Shown here: positions 13,750 through 28,808 of the stretch, piece by piece | Layout of the letters: every line of letters begins with the position of its first letter | How positions within the stretch are numbered: the first letter of the stretch is position 1 | Position numbers and translations under genes: made by a program | Notes under the pieces: model-generated | What the model was told of the DNA's origin: nothing | The model's database searches: none | Seen by the model: the letters and a program-made list of their open reading frames with translations, nothing else | Assembly (NCBI GenBank): GCA_010909165.1 | Contig: MU008157.1 | Location: forward strand, 806,001 to 870,000 | Length of the DNA stretch: 64,000 nt | Reading direction: 5' to 3' | Source of the DNA: Anthoceros angustus | Taxonomy: Eukaryota; Plantae; Anthocerotophyta

Positions 13750-14267
13750 CAGGTTGGTGTGTGATCCCGTCCTATTCTTTTAGGGGAATGATTTTGTCGG
13801 CTAACAGGTTGAAGAGCGCGTGGCAAACCGCAACGGATACCTTCCTCTTAAGAAAATTTTAGACACGGATTTTAGAATCCGAGTTAGATTAGTCTGAGTA
13901 GCCAGTTCGGTCACTGAATTAGGGAATGTCATTCTTCACAATCCTATTTATTTCATCACGATTCTTGCTTAGGTGTCTGTCCATAGAGAATGTGTTCCCG
14001 CCAACGTACGCCGGAATCACATTCCTAAAACCTTGAAAAAAATCCCTTGCGCACATTTCCTTCGCTGCGTAACCTCTTTCGAGACCTGACCAGCGTGCAA
14101 TCTTGGCTTATGCAATGTTCCGATGGTTCCAACAGATGGTGTTATTTAGCTGTAATATCCCTAGTAGGTACCAACAATCATAGCTTATAGAAAACATTTT
14201 CGACTCTGAACACAATTCGCCTCCTTGCCAAAGATAGGAATTCTTTCCGCAGACTACATGACACGAA

Positions 14268-17200
14268 TCAATTGACACAAATTAGAGAAGTCCCGCTAGG
14301 GGTACAGTTTAGCCAATATGTGGCAGGCACCTTGTCGCTGGGAGAGCAGAACGTATCTTCCTTTCTATAATGAAATATATCGGCAGGTGACCAGTGTAAA
14401 TGTGGCAAGTATTTTTCTTTCTTCGTTCCGGGCAACGGCCTTGTCCTACTTCTCTTGGGATGCTTCTCATCTCCAGCCAAAAAACTATGCACCAGTCCAT
14501 CCACGTCCGTCCACCAGCTCAGGCCCGGCTGCTTCCGAGCCAGGATTGTTGTCCTTCTCGCCTGCATGCTCTGTGCCTGCTCCCACATCTTGGCACCAGT
14601 GTATATGTTCGACATCAACACATATGCTGCAGCATCTTTATCATCTAGCTTCACTGCTTGGTCGAAAGCATGGCGTCCCACCTCCACATTGCTCCACTTT
14701 TGACAAGCACCCAGCAAGGTGTGCCAAACTACAGCACTAGGCAGGAAAGGCATTGCCCTTACCATAGTTAGTGCCTCCTCCAGCCGGCCTGCACGCCCCA
14801 GGAGATCCACCATGCATGTGTAGTGCTCGTCTGTAGGGGTGATGTCGTACTCTGTGCTCATAGACTCAAAGTATGCTCTCCCCTTGTCCACTAGGCCCGC
14901 ATGACTGCATACTGCTAGTACACTGAGGAAAGTTATACTGACTGGCTGCATGCCATCCTCGCTCATTCTCCGGACCAAGTCAAATACCATTTCACTTTCT
15001 CCGTGACAGGCGTAGCCTGCAATCAGTGCACTCCAGGTGACAACATCTCTTGAAGGCAGCACATCAAATACCTGCTGCGCATCAACCATGCTCCCAGACT
15101 TTCCGTACATGTTTATCAAACTCCCAGCTATAAACAAATCAGCTTGAAGTTCATGTTCTTTTATCTGCATGTGTAGCTGCCTTCCCAGATGCAAAGCTGA
15201 TACATTCGCACATAACTGCAGCAGGCACACAAATGTCACGCGATTGGGTACAGCCATGCCTTCATGCTGCAAGAAATTATAGAGTAGAAGGGCTTCCTGA
15301 CCCATGCCCTGCTGGGAATACCCTGTAATTAGAGCATTCCACGTCACTGCATCCTTTTCACAAAGTCTATCAAACACGCTCCGTGCAGCTTCCAAGCTGC
15401 CACACTTGGAATACATACTCACCAAACTGTTCGCTACAGACACATCGGCTTGGTGTCCTTGTTCTCTAATCTCTGCATGAAGCTGCTTCCCTGTTCCAAA
15501 GCCGGTGGCCTAGACTTGCACATGCTTGCAGGAGGCACACAAACGTCACAGGGTTGGGTACAGCCAAGCCACCATCTCGCATAGCCATGTATAGACGAAG
15601 GGCTTCCTGCCCCATGCCCTGCTGGGAATACCCTGCAATCATGACATTCCACGTAACCACATCTTTTTGACATAGTCCGTCAAACAATGTCTTAGCATCC
15701 TCCAAGCTGCCACACTTTGCATACATGTTCACCAAACTGCTGGCTACAAACACATCATCTTGATATCCTTGTTCTCTAACATGAACATGAAGCTGCTTCC
15801 CCATCTGCAAAGCTGATGTGCCCAAACTTGCACATGCCTGCAGGAGGCATATAAACGTCACAGAATCGGGAACAGAGATGCCTTCTTCTTGCATAACACT
15901 GTAGAGACAAAGGGCTTCCTGCTCCAGGCCCTGCAGGGAATACCCTACAATTAGAGCAGTCCATGTCACCACCTCTTTTTGAACAAGTCCGTCAAACACC
16001 CTCTGAGCATCTACCAAACTGCCACACTTTGCATACATGTTCACCAAGCTGCTGGCTATAAACAATTCTTCTTCACATCCTCGTTCTCTAATCTGCACAT
16101 GAAGCAGCTTCCCTATCTCCAAAGCCGGAGGGCCAACACTTGCACATGCCTGCAGGAGGCACACAAATGTCACGGAATTGGGTATAGCTATGCCTTCCTC
16201 TTGCATACCACTGTACAGATGAAGGGCTTCCTGCCCCATGCCATGCTGGGAATATCCTGCAATCATGGCAGTCCAAGTTACCACATCTTTCTGACCGAGT
16301 CCATAAAACACTCTCTGAGCATCTTCCAAGCTGCCACACTTTGCATACATGTTCACCAAACTGCTGGTCACAAATGCATCAGCTTCATGTGCTTTTTCTC
16401 GAATTTGCGCATGGAGCTGCTTCCCCATCCCCAAAGCTGGGGTTCCCACACTTGCACATGCCTGTAGGAGGCACACAAATGTCACAGACCCAGGTGACAA
16501 CATCTCTTGAAGGCAGCACATCAAATACCTGCTGCGCATCAACCATGCTCCCAGACTTTCCGTACATGTTTATCAAACTCCCAGCTATAAACAAATCAGC
16601 TTGAAGTTCATGTTCTTTTATCTGCATGTGTAGCTGCCTTCCCAGATGCAAAGCTGATACATTCGCACATAACTGCAGCAGGCACACAAATGTCACGCGA
16701 TTGGGTACAGCCATGCCTTCATGCTGCAAGAAATTATAGAGTAGAAGGGCTTCCTGACCCATGCCCTGCTGGGAATACCCTGTAATTAGAGCATTCCACG
16801 TCACTGCATCCTTTTCACAAAGTCTATCAAACACGCTCCGTGCAGCTTCCAAGCTGCCACACTTGGAATACATACTCACCAAACTGTTCGCTACAGACAC
16901 ATCGGCTTGGTGTCCTTGTTCTCTAATCTCTGCATGAAGCTGCTTCCCCTGTTCCAAAGCCGGTGGGCCTAGACTTGCACATGCTTGCAGGAGGCACACA
17001 AACGTCACAGGGTTGGGTACAGCCAAGCCACCATCTCGCATAGCCATGTATAGACGAAGGGCTTCCTGCCCCATGCCCTGCTGGGAATACCCTGCAATCA
17101 TGACATTCCACGTAACCACATCTTTTTGACATAGTCCGTCAAACAATGTCTTAGCATCCTCCAAGCTGCCACACTTTGCATACATGTTCACCAAACTGCT

Positions 17201-19104
17201 GGCTACAAACACATCATCTTGATATCCTTGTTCTCTAACATGAACATGAAGCTGCTTCCCCATCTGCAAAGCTGATGTGCCCAAACTGCACATGCCTGCA
17301 GGAGGCATATAAACGCCACAGAATCGGAACAGAGATGCCTTCTTCTTGCATAACACTGTAGAGACAAAGGGCTTCCTGCTCCAGGCCCTGCAGGGAATAC
17401 CCTACAATTAGAGCAGTCCATGTCACCACCTCTTTTTGAACAAGTCCGTCAAACACCCTCTGAGCATCTACCAAACTGCCACACTTTGCATACATGTTCA
17501 CCAAGCTGCTGGCTATAAACAATTCTTCTTCACATCCTCGTTCTCTAATCTGCACATGAAGCAGCTTCCCTATCTCCAAAGCCGGAGGGCCAACACTTGC
17601 ACATGCCTGCAGGAGGCACACAAATGTCACGGAATTGGGTATAGCTATGCCTTCCTCTTGCATACCACTGTACAGATGAAGGGCTTCCTGCCCCATGCCA
17701 TGCTGGGAATATCCTGCAATCATGGCAGTCCAAGTTACCACATCTTTCTGACCGAGTCCATAAAACACTCTCTGAGCATCTTCCAAGCTGCCACACTTTG
17801 CATACATGTTCACCAAACTGCTGGTCACAAATGCATCAGCTTCATGTGCTTTTTCTCGAATTTGCGCATGGAGCTGCTTCCCCATCCCCAAAGCTGGGGT
17901 TCCCACACTTGCACATGCCTGTAGGAGGCACACAAATGTCACAGACCCGGGTGCAGCGATGCCTTCTTCTTGCATGGCACTGTACAGTCGAAGGGCCTCC
18001 TGACCCCTACCCTGCTGGGAATATCCTGCAATCATGGCATTCCACGTTACCACATCTTTTCTATCAAGTCTGTCAAATACTCTCTCCGCATCCTCCAAGC
18101 TGCCACACTTAACGTACATGCTCACCAAGCAATTCCAGACAAACAAATTGGGCTCAACGCCACTCGACACCACATCACCATGCACCTGCTGCCCAGTCTT
18201 CAAGTCCGATAGTCTTGCACAAGCCTGAAGAGCTGCCACAAACACATAGCTGTCTGGTTTCACTCTTGACCTCCTCATCCGCTGATACAGTTGTATGGCT
18301 TGTTTGTCTTGGCGTTGTTTCACATGCGCAGAAATTATGGCTGACCACGTGTAGGCATCTGGCTTATCAACCACTGCAAACACATCCATCGCCTCTTGTA
18401 ACCTGCATTGAGAAGCATACATTCGTAGGATTTGGTTGCACAGGAACGTGTCCGATTGGTACCCTCTGTCCACCGTGAAAGCATGAACCCGGCGACCCTG
18501 CACAATATCCTTCTTGACTACACATTGCTTCAAGGCAGTGCAAAACAGATATTTCGAAACACAACAGTCTGCCTGCACCAGAACTCCCAAAGCCTCAACA
18601 GCGTGAGTGAGCTTTCCTTCATGAAATAGCTTGAGCACCGTCTCAACCGTTGCGCCACTTTCGAATCCAGCAGGCCTGCCAGCGCATGCAGCCAAGAATT
18701 GTTCAGCAAGAGGACCTCCTGAGACTCCCCATGCCGAAAGTCATGGAAGAAAGGCTCTTCTTCTCTTGCCTGTTAACCCCCCAAAGTAGGGGGTCCCGAA
18801 ACATATCCTGCCCGAGATCCTTGCTGGGAGATCCGCCTCCAGCCAGCAATTCTGTTTGATGGGATGGCTTTCTTGCAACGGAGCTCGACCTAGTGAATTC
18901 CGTGTTTGCCACTGACGACGGTTGATTCCTTGAAGTCGGGGGAGCGGGACCTCTTGCAAGAATACCAGTGAAACCATTTTGTTGAGTCCACTGTGCCCGC
19001 AACGGGTCCTGTTGCCCGTAGCGTGACTGACTTGCAACACCCGAAACAGCCATGGGGTTCCAGGGCTTGTGAAATGACAGGGCCAGCAGGTAGCTGTTGC
19101 ACAT
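14268..19104 (-). pseudogene. PLS-class PPR gene with E domains and an eroded WW-type DYW domain; disrupted as assembled
   Basis: P-L-S arrays spread over ORFs 17235-18695, 16385-17356, 15466-16542 and 14268-15443. PG box KQPGLSWWTDVDGLVHSF. The HxE motif is replaced (FCSPSDK) and the ORF stops before the CxxC. The gene carries a tandem duplication and frameshifts, and its 5' end is uncertain. Confidence 0.85.
15035..17948. repeat. Near-identical tandem duplication, two 1457-bp copies (15035-16491 and 16492-17948)
   Basis: Identical ORF translations recur at an offset of 1457 or 1459. The differences I found are four single-base homopolymer indels and one substitution. Confidence 0.95.
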
Positions 19105-21249
19105 TTAAGACGCATACAGGCCCTGAATGTAAGTCCTTCCCACGGTTTTTGCCCCGGCACCACGGTCACTCATTCAGGGTCTGGCAGAAGAAGAAATTGA
19201 TGATAAATGACCTCTCTCACGGCTTCAGCTGGTGATACGTACAAGTTGCAAATACAAGATTCACATCGGGCGAGCAAGCGAAGCACGCACAGTCAAACAT
19301 CGTGACAGCCTGAATCGGCCTGCAGCTCAACTCCGACATTGAAGCTCTGCAGGGGCAAACAGATTGATGCAACTGGGGTCCGTTTCACGACGACGAGTGT
19401 GCAGCCTAAATGTGAGAATGTGAGTGTCCTTCGGTGCAGCCTGAATTGGCCGGACCTTCGCCCCAAGATCAGTATGGATTTGGTGACCAGTTTGAGGCTG
19501 GTGAAGGTGGTGCACAAGCATCTTTGCCCTTCATCGGTGCACTTTGTCATGACACACGATGAAAACGATCGGGGGCTCGGCTCTGTCCTCAAGCGTGATG
19601 ACCAAGGCCTCCAACAGTGTAGGGAGCGGGATGCAAGGTAGAAGGACCCCAACTTCTCACCTAAGCGCTATTCTGAGTGCTATCCGCTTCCAGGAGTACA
19701 ATCGTGACATGGTAGCTAGTGACGAGGAGGAACATCTGACTAAAATGCATATGGGAGGAAGGATTATGCCTGAGCTGTTCCTACACGTCAAAGAAGGTTT
19801 TTGCCGGCTCGACGCGAAAGCAGTGACAAGATATTGGAACCCCTACTACCGTTGCATGATCCTAATATTCTTTGCAGATGGTAATTGATAGTTTGATTTG
19901 GCTTCCCCTTCTTTCCCTGCACATCAAAGGACCCTGTCATAGCCTGGTGATCATAAATCTGGAATGCAAACTAGTTCATAGCTTGAATGTCCTTAACTGT
20001 TTTCATCGACAGTTCACCTGCTTCCGGCACGACACAGTAAGGCAACAAGCTCCTTGCCCTAAGACGGCGAGCGATTCACGCAGGCCCGGAACAGAACAGA
20101 GTGGCATGGGGCACGGAACAAAGAGCAGAGAGCGCCCTTCAAAAATTTAAAAAAATGGGGGCATGCGCGAATGTCCTTTTTGGGGCATGGCACGGGGTGG
20201 ACAGCATTTTCTTTATTCCTTTCATATTTTATACGTGTTTACTGTATTTTAGACGTTTTGTCCCTAGAATAAGGGAAGATTGCAAACAATATATCTTTCT
20301 TATCCTCTGTCCTTTTTGGTCCGCCATATTACAATCTCTTCACATCTAAAATAAAGATTCGATTTCAGTGGGTCAAAAAGTAAGATCTTCAGTCAAAGTG
20401 GAATGCAAGATGGGGCCTCTTTATCCCCAAGCTCAAGAAACATTTAGAAAAGAGTTTGATAAAGTTTATGAAGGTATGTGCTAAGACTTCAGAGCCTTTT
20501 GCATGAGGCTCAAACCGGATCTGATTAAATTTGATGGGGTGGGTTTGGTTGTTTGCACGATTCCATTAAAGGCAATCCATATATTGCCACATTGTGAACC
20601 AAAATAGCAGGTGGTAAGTTTGGGTGTGAAATTTGCTCTACGCCCGCTTGCCGTTGTAGGCAACAAAGGTGTCACTGAGTTAGGGCTAACGGATAAAGGA
20701 ATAGCAAAGCACGTAACGAAACGGAATAGTAACAAAAAAGGATTAGCCTTTAACTCATAATCTAGTTGTGCAGCTTTAATTAGAAGTAGACTTGACACAC
20801 ATGCGTGTGTAGGCGTATACGTAGACAGTTTATGAATATATCCTGAGACCCTTCAACCAGTCTCTGGTTTCACTGTGCACCTAAGTACTTAGATCTTTAT
20901 CAGTGTAATTCTATAGTCGAATGATAACAAGTTGAATAACTAGCAAGTCGAATAGTCGAGCCTTTATATTATAGCGTTACATGCACTTGAGTAGATGAAG
21001 ACACTTTTTAGGCAAATGATTATGGCCAATTTGCTCAAGAGCATAACATGGAAAATCCAGAACCCATATTACAACCTATACCTTTGCAACAATCTTCCAG
21101 AAAACATCGAGCTAGATCCAACTGACTCAATCCACTTTATAAGCCTGGTGACAGTTTTGTTGCCCGCTCCAACTCCAGTGCTACTCTTGCATCTAATAAT
21201 GTCGATGTTAGCTTAGCCATCATGACACACCATATGGCACTTGCTGTCA

Positions 21250-22790
21250 TGGAACCACCATACACTCCTATGATTTACAAGGAAGCTCTTTCGTCACCAC
21301 AAAAATTAGAGTGGTAGAAAGCTATCGACAATGAATATTAGTCACCTTTAGACAACAAAACATGGACATTAATGGGTGAAAGGCTGTCACATCTAAGTGG
21401 GTGTTTAAGCTCAAATTGAATCTTGATGGTTCTATAGCCCGCTACAAGGCACGCCTAGGAGCTAGGGGCCCCACACAAGTGCAGGGTTTGGATTATAACG
21501 AGATGTTTAACCCTATTGTAAAACCGACCTCCATGCGAATCCTGTTATGCTATGATATACAAAACCATTTACTAGTTCATTAAATGAACGTTAAAACAAC
21601 ATCCTTGAACGGATCCTTGGATGAATTGATCTTCATGCAGCAGCCGACATGATACATAGTGGATCCTACCTTGGTTTGTGACCTGCTGAAGTCCTTGTAT
21701 GGTTTGAAACAATCCGCTCGGATCTGGAATGGCAGAGTTGATAAGAAATTACAAGCTTTGGGTTTTGTCCCACTTACAGGCAATTGTAGTGTCTACATCC
21801 TACAAACAGATAATGAGTTATGCATCATTGCATTATATATAGATAATAACTTCATCTTTGCTAGTAGCTATAAGCTCTTGTCTGAGAAATGGGACATGAC
21901 AGATATTGGGCCTATGCGATTTGCCTTTGAAATTTAGTTCATTTTCAACCCGATAGATAGTTCTATTACATTAGACCAGGACCATTTTATTACGTAGATC
22001 CTGACTAAGTTCAACCTGCAAGACATTAATCTAGTTGCAACACCAATAATAGCAAGTGAAAAGCTATCCTTACAAGACAACCCTACCTTGGATGCTAATA
22101 AATTAGAGATGTCCACCATTCCTTATCGCGAGGTCGTTGGTAGTTTGTTATATCTTGTTGGATGAATGCGCCCAGACATTTCATAAGCCACAAGTGTTGT
22201 ATCGGGCTACCTGTCCAACCCGGGCAAGCGACACTGGATAGACGTTAAGCGGGTTCTGTAGGATCTGAAAGGAACTAAACACTTATGCCTGAAATATGCA
22301 AAAGAAACTGACTTTACCCTCTCTTGTTACTCTAATGCGAACTGGGCTGGGGATATCGATGGCCATAAATCTATTGCTGCCTATTGTACTTTGCTTTGCA
22401 GATGAGCTATCAGCTAGCAAAGCCCTTAATCATTCTCTCCTCGATAAAAGTTGAATATAGCGCCCTGTTCCTAGCAGCCAGAGAAATTACTTGGGTTCAT
22501 CAGTTCCTCTTTGAAATATATATACAGCAGACATCACCGATCATCCTATACTGTGATAACCCGTCGGCGATAGTATTGTCTGTGAACCCTATATTGCATA
22601 TGCGTTCAATATATGTATAAATCCAATTCCACTACATCTTTCAAGCCATTGCACAAAAGATTATTCAACTAATCTATGTCCCTACAGCAATAAACATGGT
22701 TGATCTACTAATGAAGGGACTATAAAAAATGCTACATGAATAAATTTCAAAATGGACAAGTTGGGCTTATCCGGCTCCTAAGAAGTAATT
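21250..22790 (+). mobile_element. Degenerate Ty1/copia reverse transcriptase-RNase H remnant
   Basis: KWVFKLKLNLDGSIARYKARLGARG.TQVQGLDYNEMF.P, LLKSLYGLKQSARIWN, IIALYIDN (from YVDD), YREVVGSLLYL, YSNANWAGD, ILYCDNPSAI. Many stops and frameshifts. Confidence 0.93.
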
Positions 22791-23896
22791 ATTTTACGAC
22801 AAGCATAACCCCATGCTACTTTCATGCAGCTCTGGCGTTCAAGCAACATGACAGTTGACATGGCTTGTACAGCTAGCAGTCCAGCAGCCTGTCTTTAGCA
22901 CCTACATCTAACCACACACACATTTTCTTTTTTGAGCTCACGCAATTGCTTCCTGGTTGAAGCTGAAGCTTTGCAAATCTAATTGGCAGCAGTTGCGTAG
23001 AATACCTTATTCACAATCTTCTGGAAGCGACATCAAGCTAGCGGCCTTGAAGATGAGCAACAATTCCTCTTCTGTCATGGAAGAGCTCTCACGGCTACAA
23101 GGTTCTTGCCTCCTCCCTCCGGCACATGCTTTGACGACACCTTCCAAACCCTCTTGCTATCCCGATACATGTGCTTTGGAGCTATGGTTTTCCTTTGGCT
23201 AACGTGTTGCATGTAAACCCTTGGCGGGATCAAGAGCCAAACAGCTATCAGGATGGCCATTGCCTACTCGAGGGCGTGAGCCGCGAGCATCACGATTGCG
23301 GCAGTCATCGTTTGTGTGTTATCCTGACGCAGTGGATCGATCTAAGGCCTCGAGAGACCTTGTGCTAATTTCAGGTGCAGTTTTTAATCTGGAGGATAGA
23401 TAAGGGCGATCACCACCGGATAGGTTGCTAGTGTACTTTTGCTGGTTATGGCTTGGCTTTTGCTCTCTCGAGTAGTGTGGATCAAGGGCGCCCTGATCTG
23501 GCTAACCATTAAACATCTTGGGCAATAGCTCAGGAGGAGTGCTGGAAAATGATTGCACAAAATCCTTAGAGGTGACGTGGTGATGAGCGCGTAGTGGAAC
23601 CCCGCGGCACGAGCAGGTAGGGGTGCGTGAAGCCACAAGCACATAGTAAAGGGTGATATATGGTCCTATCATGATCTACTTTGAACCCAGCCCAATATAT
23701 GTAACGGGGGTTTAGAATGGCTCAGAAAGACAATGTCGATGTGACATTGGTCACCAAATAACCAAGTACTTAGTTGTTTTGACGTACCACTTAAAATAAA
23801 CTTGGTGGTTTTGGCCGACTCGACCAAAAAAACAAGTAATTGCATTCACTAGATTTTGTCGTATGCAAGACAAAGTCGAGTTTTGAGCAAGTTTAG

Positions 23897-23954
23897 TCTA
23901 CATGCAAAGTGGCCCTTAAGTAATATCTACATGCGAAGTAGCCCTTAGGTAATA
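23897..23954. repeat. 29-bp tandem repeat, two imperfect copies
   Basis: tctacatgcaaagtggcccttaagtaata followed by tctacatgcgaagtagcccttaggtaata. Confidence 0.8.
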
Positions 23955-25456
23955 TGCTATACACCTCACCTCAAGATAGACATAGAACATCTCGTCTATG
24001 GAGTGGATTGAAAAAAATAATAAATAATCCTTTTAATGGGAAATTATTTTTATTTTGATGAATTATAATATATAATAGAGGTACATACTCCATATAATGT
24101 TACCTTATTCTAAGCGTTTGGGTCGTTAATATTCTTAGTGCTGTATACGTAGGACTGCTAACATATTTAGTAAGCAAAGTATCAAAGTAAATATATGTAG
24201 TACTGCTAACATATTTGATAAGCAAAATATTAAAGTATGTAGTTTACTAAGTCTCCGATTCACACCGGGCTGGGTGCTCACGCGGCGGTATCACTTGCTC
24301 AACTGCAAATCTTTTGGAAGCTATAAAATTGGAGTGCGAGAAAAGCGCATTTAGTGCGGCGTGAAGAATATGATGCGTGTAAATACAACGTACATAGGTA
24401 GCGCCGCGGTGTAGAAAGGGAAGAAGGAACGATAAGAGAAAAAGGGAAGAACCGAGGTGGACGCTGGCGCCGGGCAGTCCCGACCCCCAATGACGGCCCT
24501 GGTCCCTGTCCTGGATAGCGGCTCTGGCCCTGGCAGACCTGATGATCAAGAGAGAGCAAGCTGGAGGAGTCTGGAGAGCAGCTTCTTGTAGCCTTCCTTG
24601 CTTCCGCAACACGCTCCTTTTTCTCTCTCTCTCCCCTCGCACATCGCAGCTCCCAGTTCGCAGCGCGTCGTCGTCGGCCTCGTCGTCGAGGCACAGCAGC
24701 AACCTCTACACTACGCGGTGTTGCACAGCAGCAGCTCTCCTTCGCCTCTGCCCTGCTGCTTCCCGTTTCCTCACCGGCTCGGGACTGTGCTGGGCTGTGC
24801 TCTGCTCTGCGCTGCTCTTCTGCAGGTTCTCCTTCTGCCCTAGCTATGTATGCGGCCTGTGCCCATGCCTCTCTCTACCACCTTCCCGGCTGTGGGGTCT
24901 CTCTTATCTGCTGCTCCCCGTGCCGCCCCAGGCGTTGAATTCAGGCAGCTCCCCCCCGGCTTCTGCCGCCTCCCCAAAGATCCTGCCCCCGTTCTTTCCC
25001 GGTTTGACTGCATTGCGGTGGTGGGTTTGTGATCTGCGGAGTTGGGGCTGCTGGGGTGGCGTTGTGTCGGGCCCTGCATTGCTGGTTTTGCTTTGTTTTG
25101 TTGGGTTTTTTCTCCTCTGCCTGCTGTGCTGCGGATGTGTCCTCAGCTGCTTCCTTAGCTCAAGGCCTTGCAAGCCTGGCTTGACTTGCCTTGACCTGGC
25201 TTGGGTAGGCAGGGCTTGGCTTGCCTTATCTTAGGCTCAGCTCTGCGTGCTTGCATCACGGGGCTAATGGGTGCGGGAATGTGTGATGGTGCAGCAGGGT
25301 GGATGAAGTGTCTTGTGGTTGCGCCTTCTTCCTCCGCCTGGTACGCTTCGTTGCTCCCCTGCCCAACGGAGTATGGGCAGACGCCAGTCTCCTTAGCGGT
25401 GAGGGGGAATCCAGGAGGTGGGTCTGCTCTTCTTCTATTGCCTCGTCTGTTGAAGA

Positions 25457-25492
<36 letters not shown>
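25457..25492. repeat. (GT)n microsatellite in the bZIP 5' region
   Basis: Directly visible run of GT dinucleotides with one interruption. Confidence 0.95.
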
Positions 25493-25495
<3 letters not shown>

Positions 25496-25741
25496 TGGAT
25501 GTTTGCTTCCCTGATTGCGCCTGGCGTGGCCAGGCCGAGACTGCCTCTAACCGGTGCCTGCATTGCAATTCAGGCTTGGCGGTCTGAGGCCTGGAGCCGT
25601 GTGCCTGGCTACGGCAGCGAGGGCGATCTGGCAGGAGCCGCCTTCCAAGATCCTGCCGGGGCCTGATCTTTGTGATCTCAGCTGGGAGGCACACTGGAGA
25701 GGGGATCCGCGCCGGGGTGGGAGCGTTCGGGGCGGAAGGGC

Positions 25742-27586
<1,845 letters not shown>

Positions 27587-27748
27587 ATATTTTCGTCAGC
27601 TCAAGTCCTGAGTAGCTTACGTCTTGCAACATCATCTGGTATCTAGTAATACAATCATCTTCCGGGTCCTTTTTCTCTTTGCTGCAGTTTCGTTTTCCTT
27701 TATTTGTCTCCTACTATGTAGGCAGTACCATGGGCATGCAGCATCTAG

Positions 27749-28091
27749 GCTAGGCCTTGTAACCATGTGTGACTTCAGTGATTTGGGGCCTACTCTAGAT
27801 GATGGGGTATGCCACATCCTGGTCCTGCGTTACATTGCCCTGCATAGTGTGGATATTCGTGGAACAGGACCTCTTAGCCTCTATTCAATTGTGTCAAATC
27901 CCATCTCAAACCCAAGTCTTAGACAGGCTTGTGATCTCACCTAACCCTTGGCCATGTGGTCGTGGAGTCCCAGGTGCAAGACGTCAGTCGTCCTCTTCAG
28001 CTTTGGGCATGCCCCTGGCTCCTAGCTGCTTGCAGCTCTGTTGTGTGTTGATTGCCCAGTCCATAGAGATCTAGCTGTGCATCTCAGGACT
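27749..28091. repeat. Copy 1 of a diverged ~345-bp direct repeat (partner 33752-34097)
   Basis: Colinear shared blocks: ggccttgtaaccatg, tagatgatgggg, atgccacatcctggtcctgc, aacaggacctc, aaacccaagtcttagaca, ggtgcaagacgtca, agctttgggcatg, gcatctcaggact. Confidence 0.9.
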
Positions 28092-28679
28092 CGTCGCGTG
28101 TATTTTACACCGTCCACCAATTAGCCAGAGGAACTATTGTGGCCACGTACACGGCAAATAGGTAGTATTTAATTAGTTCTTCCTAAGAGCCCCGACATTC
28201 TTGGGCAACTAGGTGCATAGTTGTCTTTTGTCCACTGGTTTGCTACAAAATATTGCCCGAGATATAGCCCAGGGCTTTGTTCCGATCACAAGAATATAGT
28301 CCTTTGGGTACAGGGTGTAGTCCCAAGGTAAACAGAAACGACTAAATTTCACATGTGATTTGCTGACCTTCCAATGCGTTTCGCTAGCCGGAGCAGTTGG
28401 CACGGGGCCTGGGAAGCCTTTGCCGGGGCCGCCTAAGCCTTTGCCACTTATTTTGAGCCCCACATCACTTTACTCTGTCAAATGGGGCAAGTTATTCGCT
28501 AGTATCCATAGGTCTACGCTTTCACAATAAAATACACGTCCACACCTCGGCAACAAGCGTACTTGTTCGTCATCCTCCAAGGCCTAAACACAAAGCGCAA
28601 GTATGATCATCACACAAAATGGATGGCATGTCCCTGGTGATTCTAGATGCCCATAAGCTATTCCGAGATCCAGGATTAT

Positions 28680-28808
28680 ACACAGACCTAGGCAACTGCC
28701 TTAACACTTTAGCATCCAATCTACACAGACCTAGGCAACTGCCGTAACACTTTAGTATCCAATCTACAAAGTCCTAGACAACTGCCTTAACACTTTATCA
28801 TCCACTCT
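28680..28808. repeat. 43-bp tandem repeat, three copies
   Basis: Unit acacagacctaggcaactgccttaacactttagcatccaatct. The third copy is more diverged. Confidence 0.9.

Noticed and set aside
19293-19900. Short ORFs upstream of the WW-type PPR
   Set aside because: No recognisable family or consistent splice structure. It may be UTR or decayed sequence.
22957-23644. Short ORFs after the copia RT remnant
   Set aside because: No motif support. I could not identify an LTR or a gene.
24247-25700. Several 130-230 aa ORFs upstream of the bZIP
   Set aside because: The sequence is low-complexity CT/GT-rich, typical of a 5' UTR and intron. No domain was recognised, and conserved uORFs cannot be shown without homologues.
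28186-28212. Possible Helitron 3' end (gccc...gggc aactag)
   Set aside because: The stem is only 4 bp, the following base is not T, and no Rep/helicase or 5' TC end was identified.
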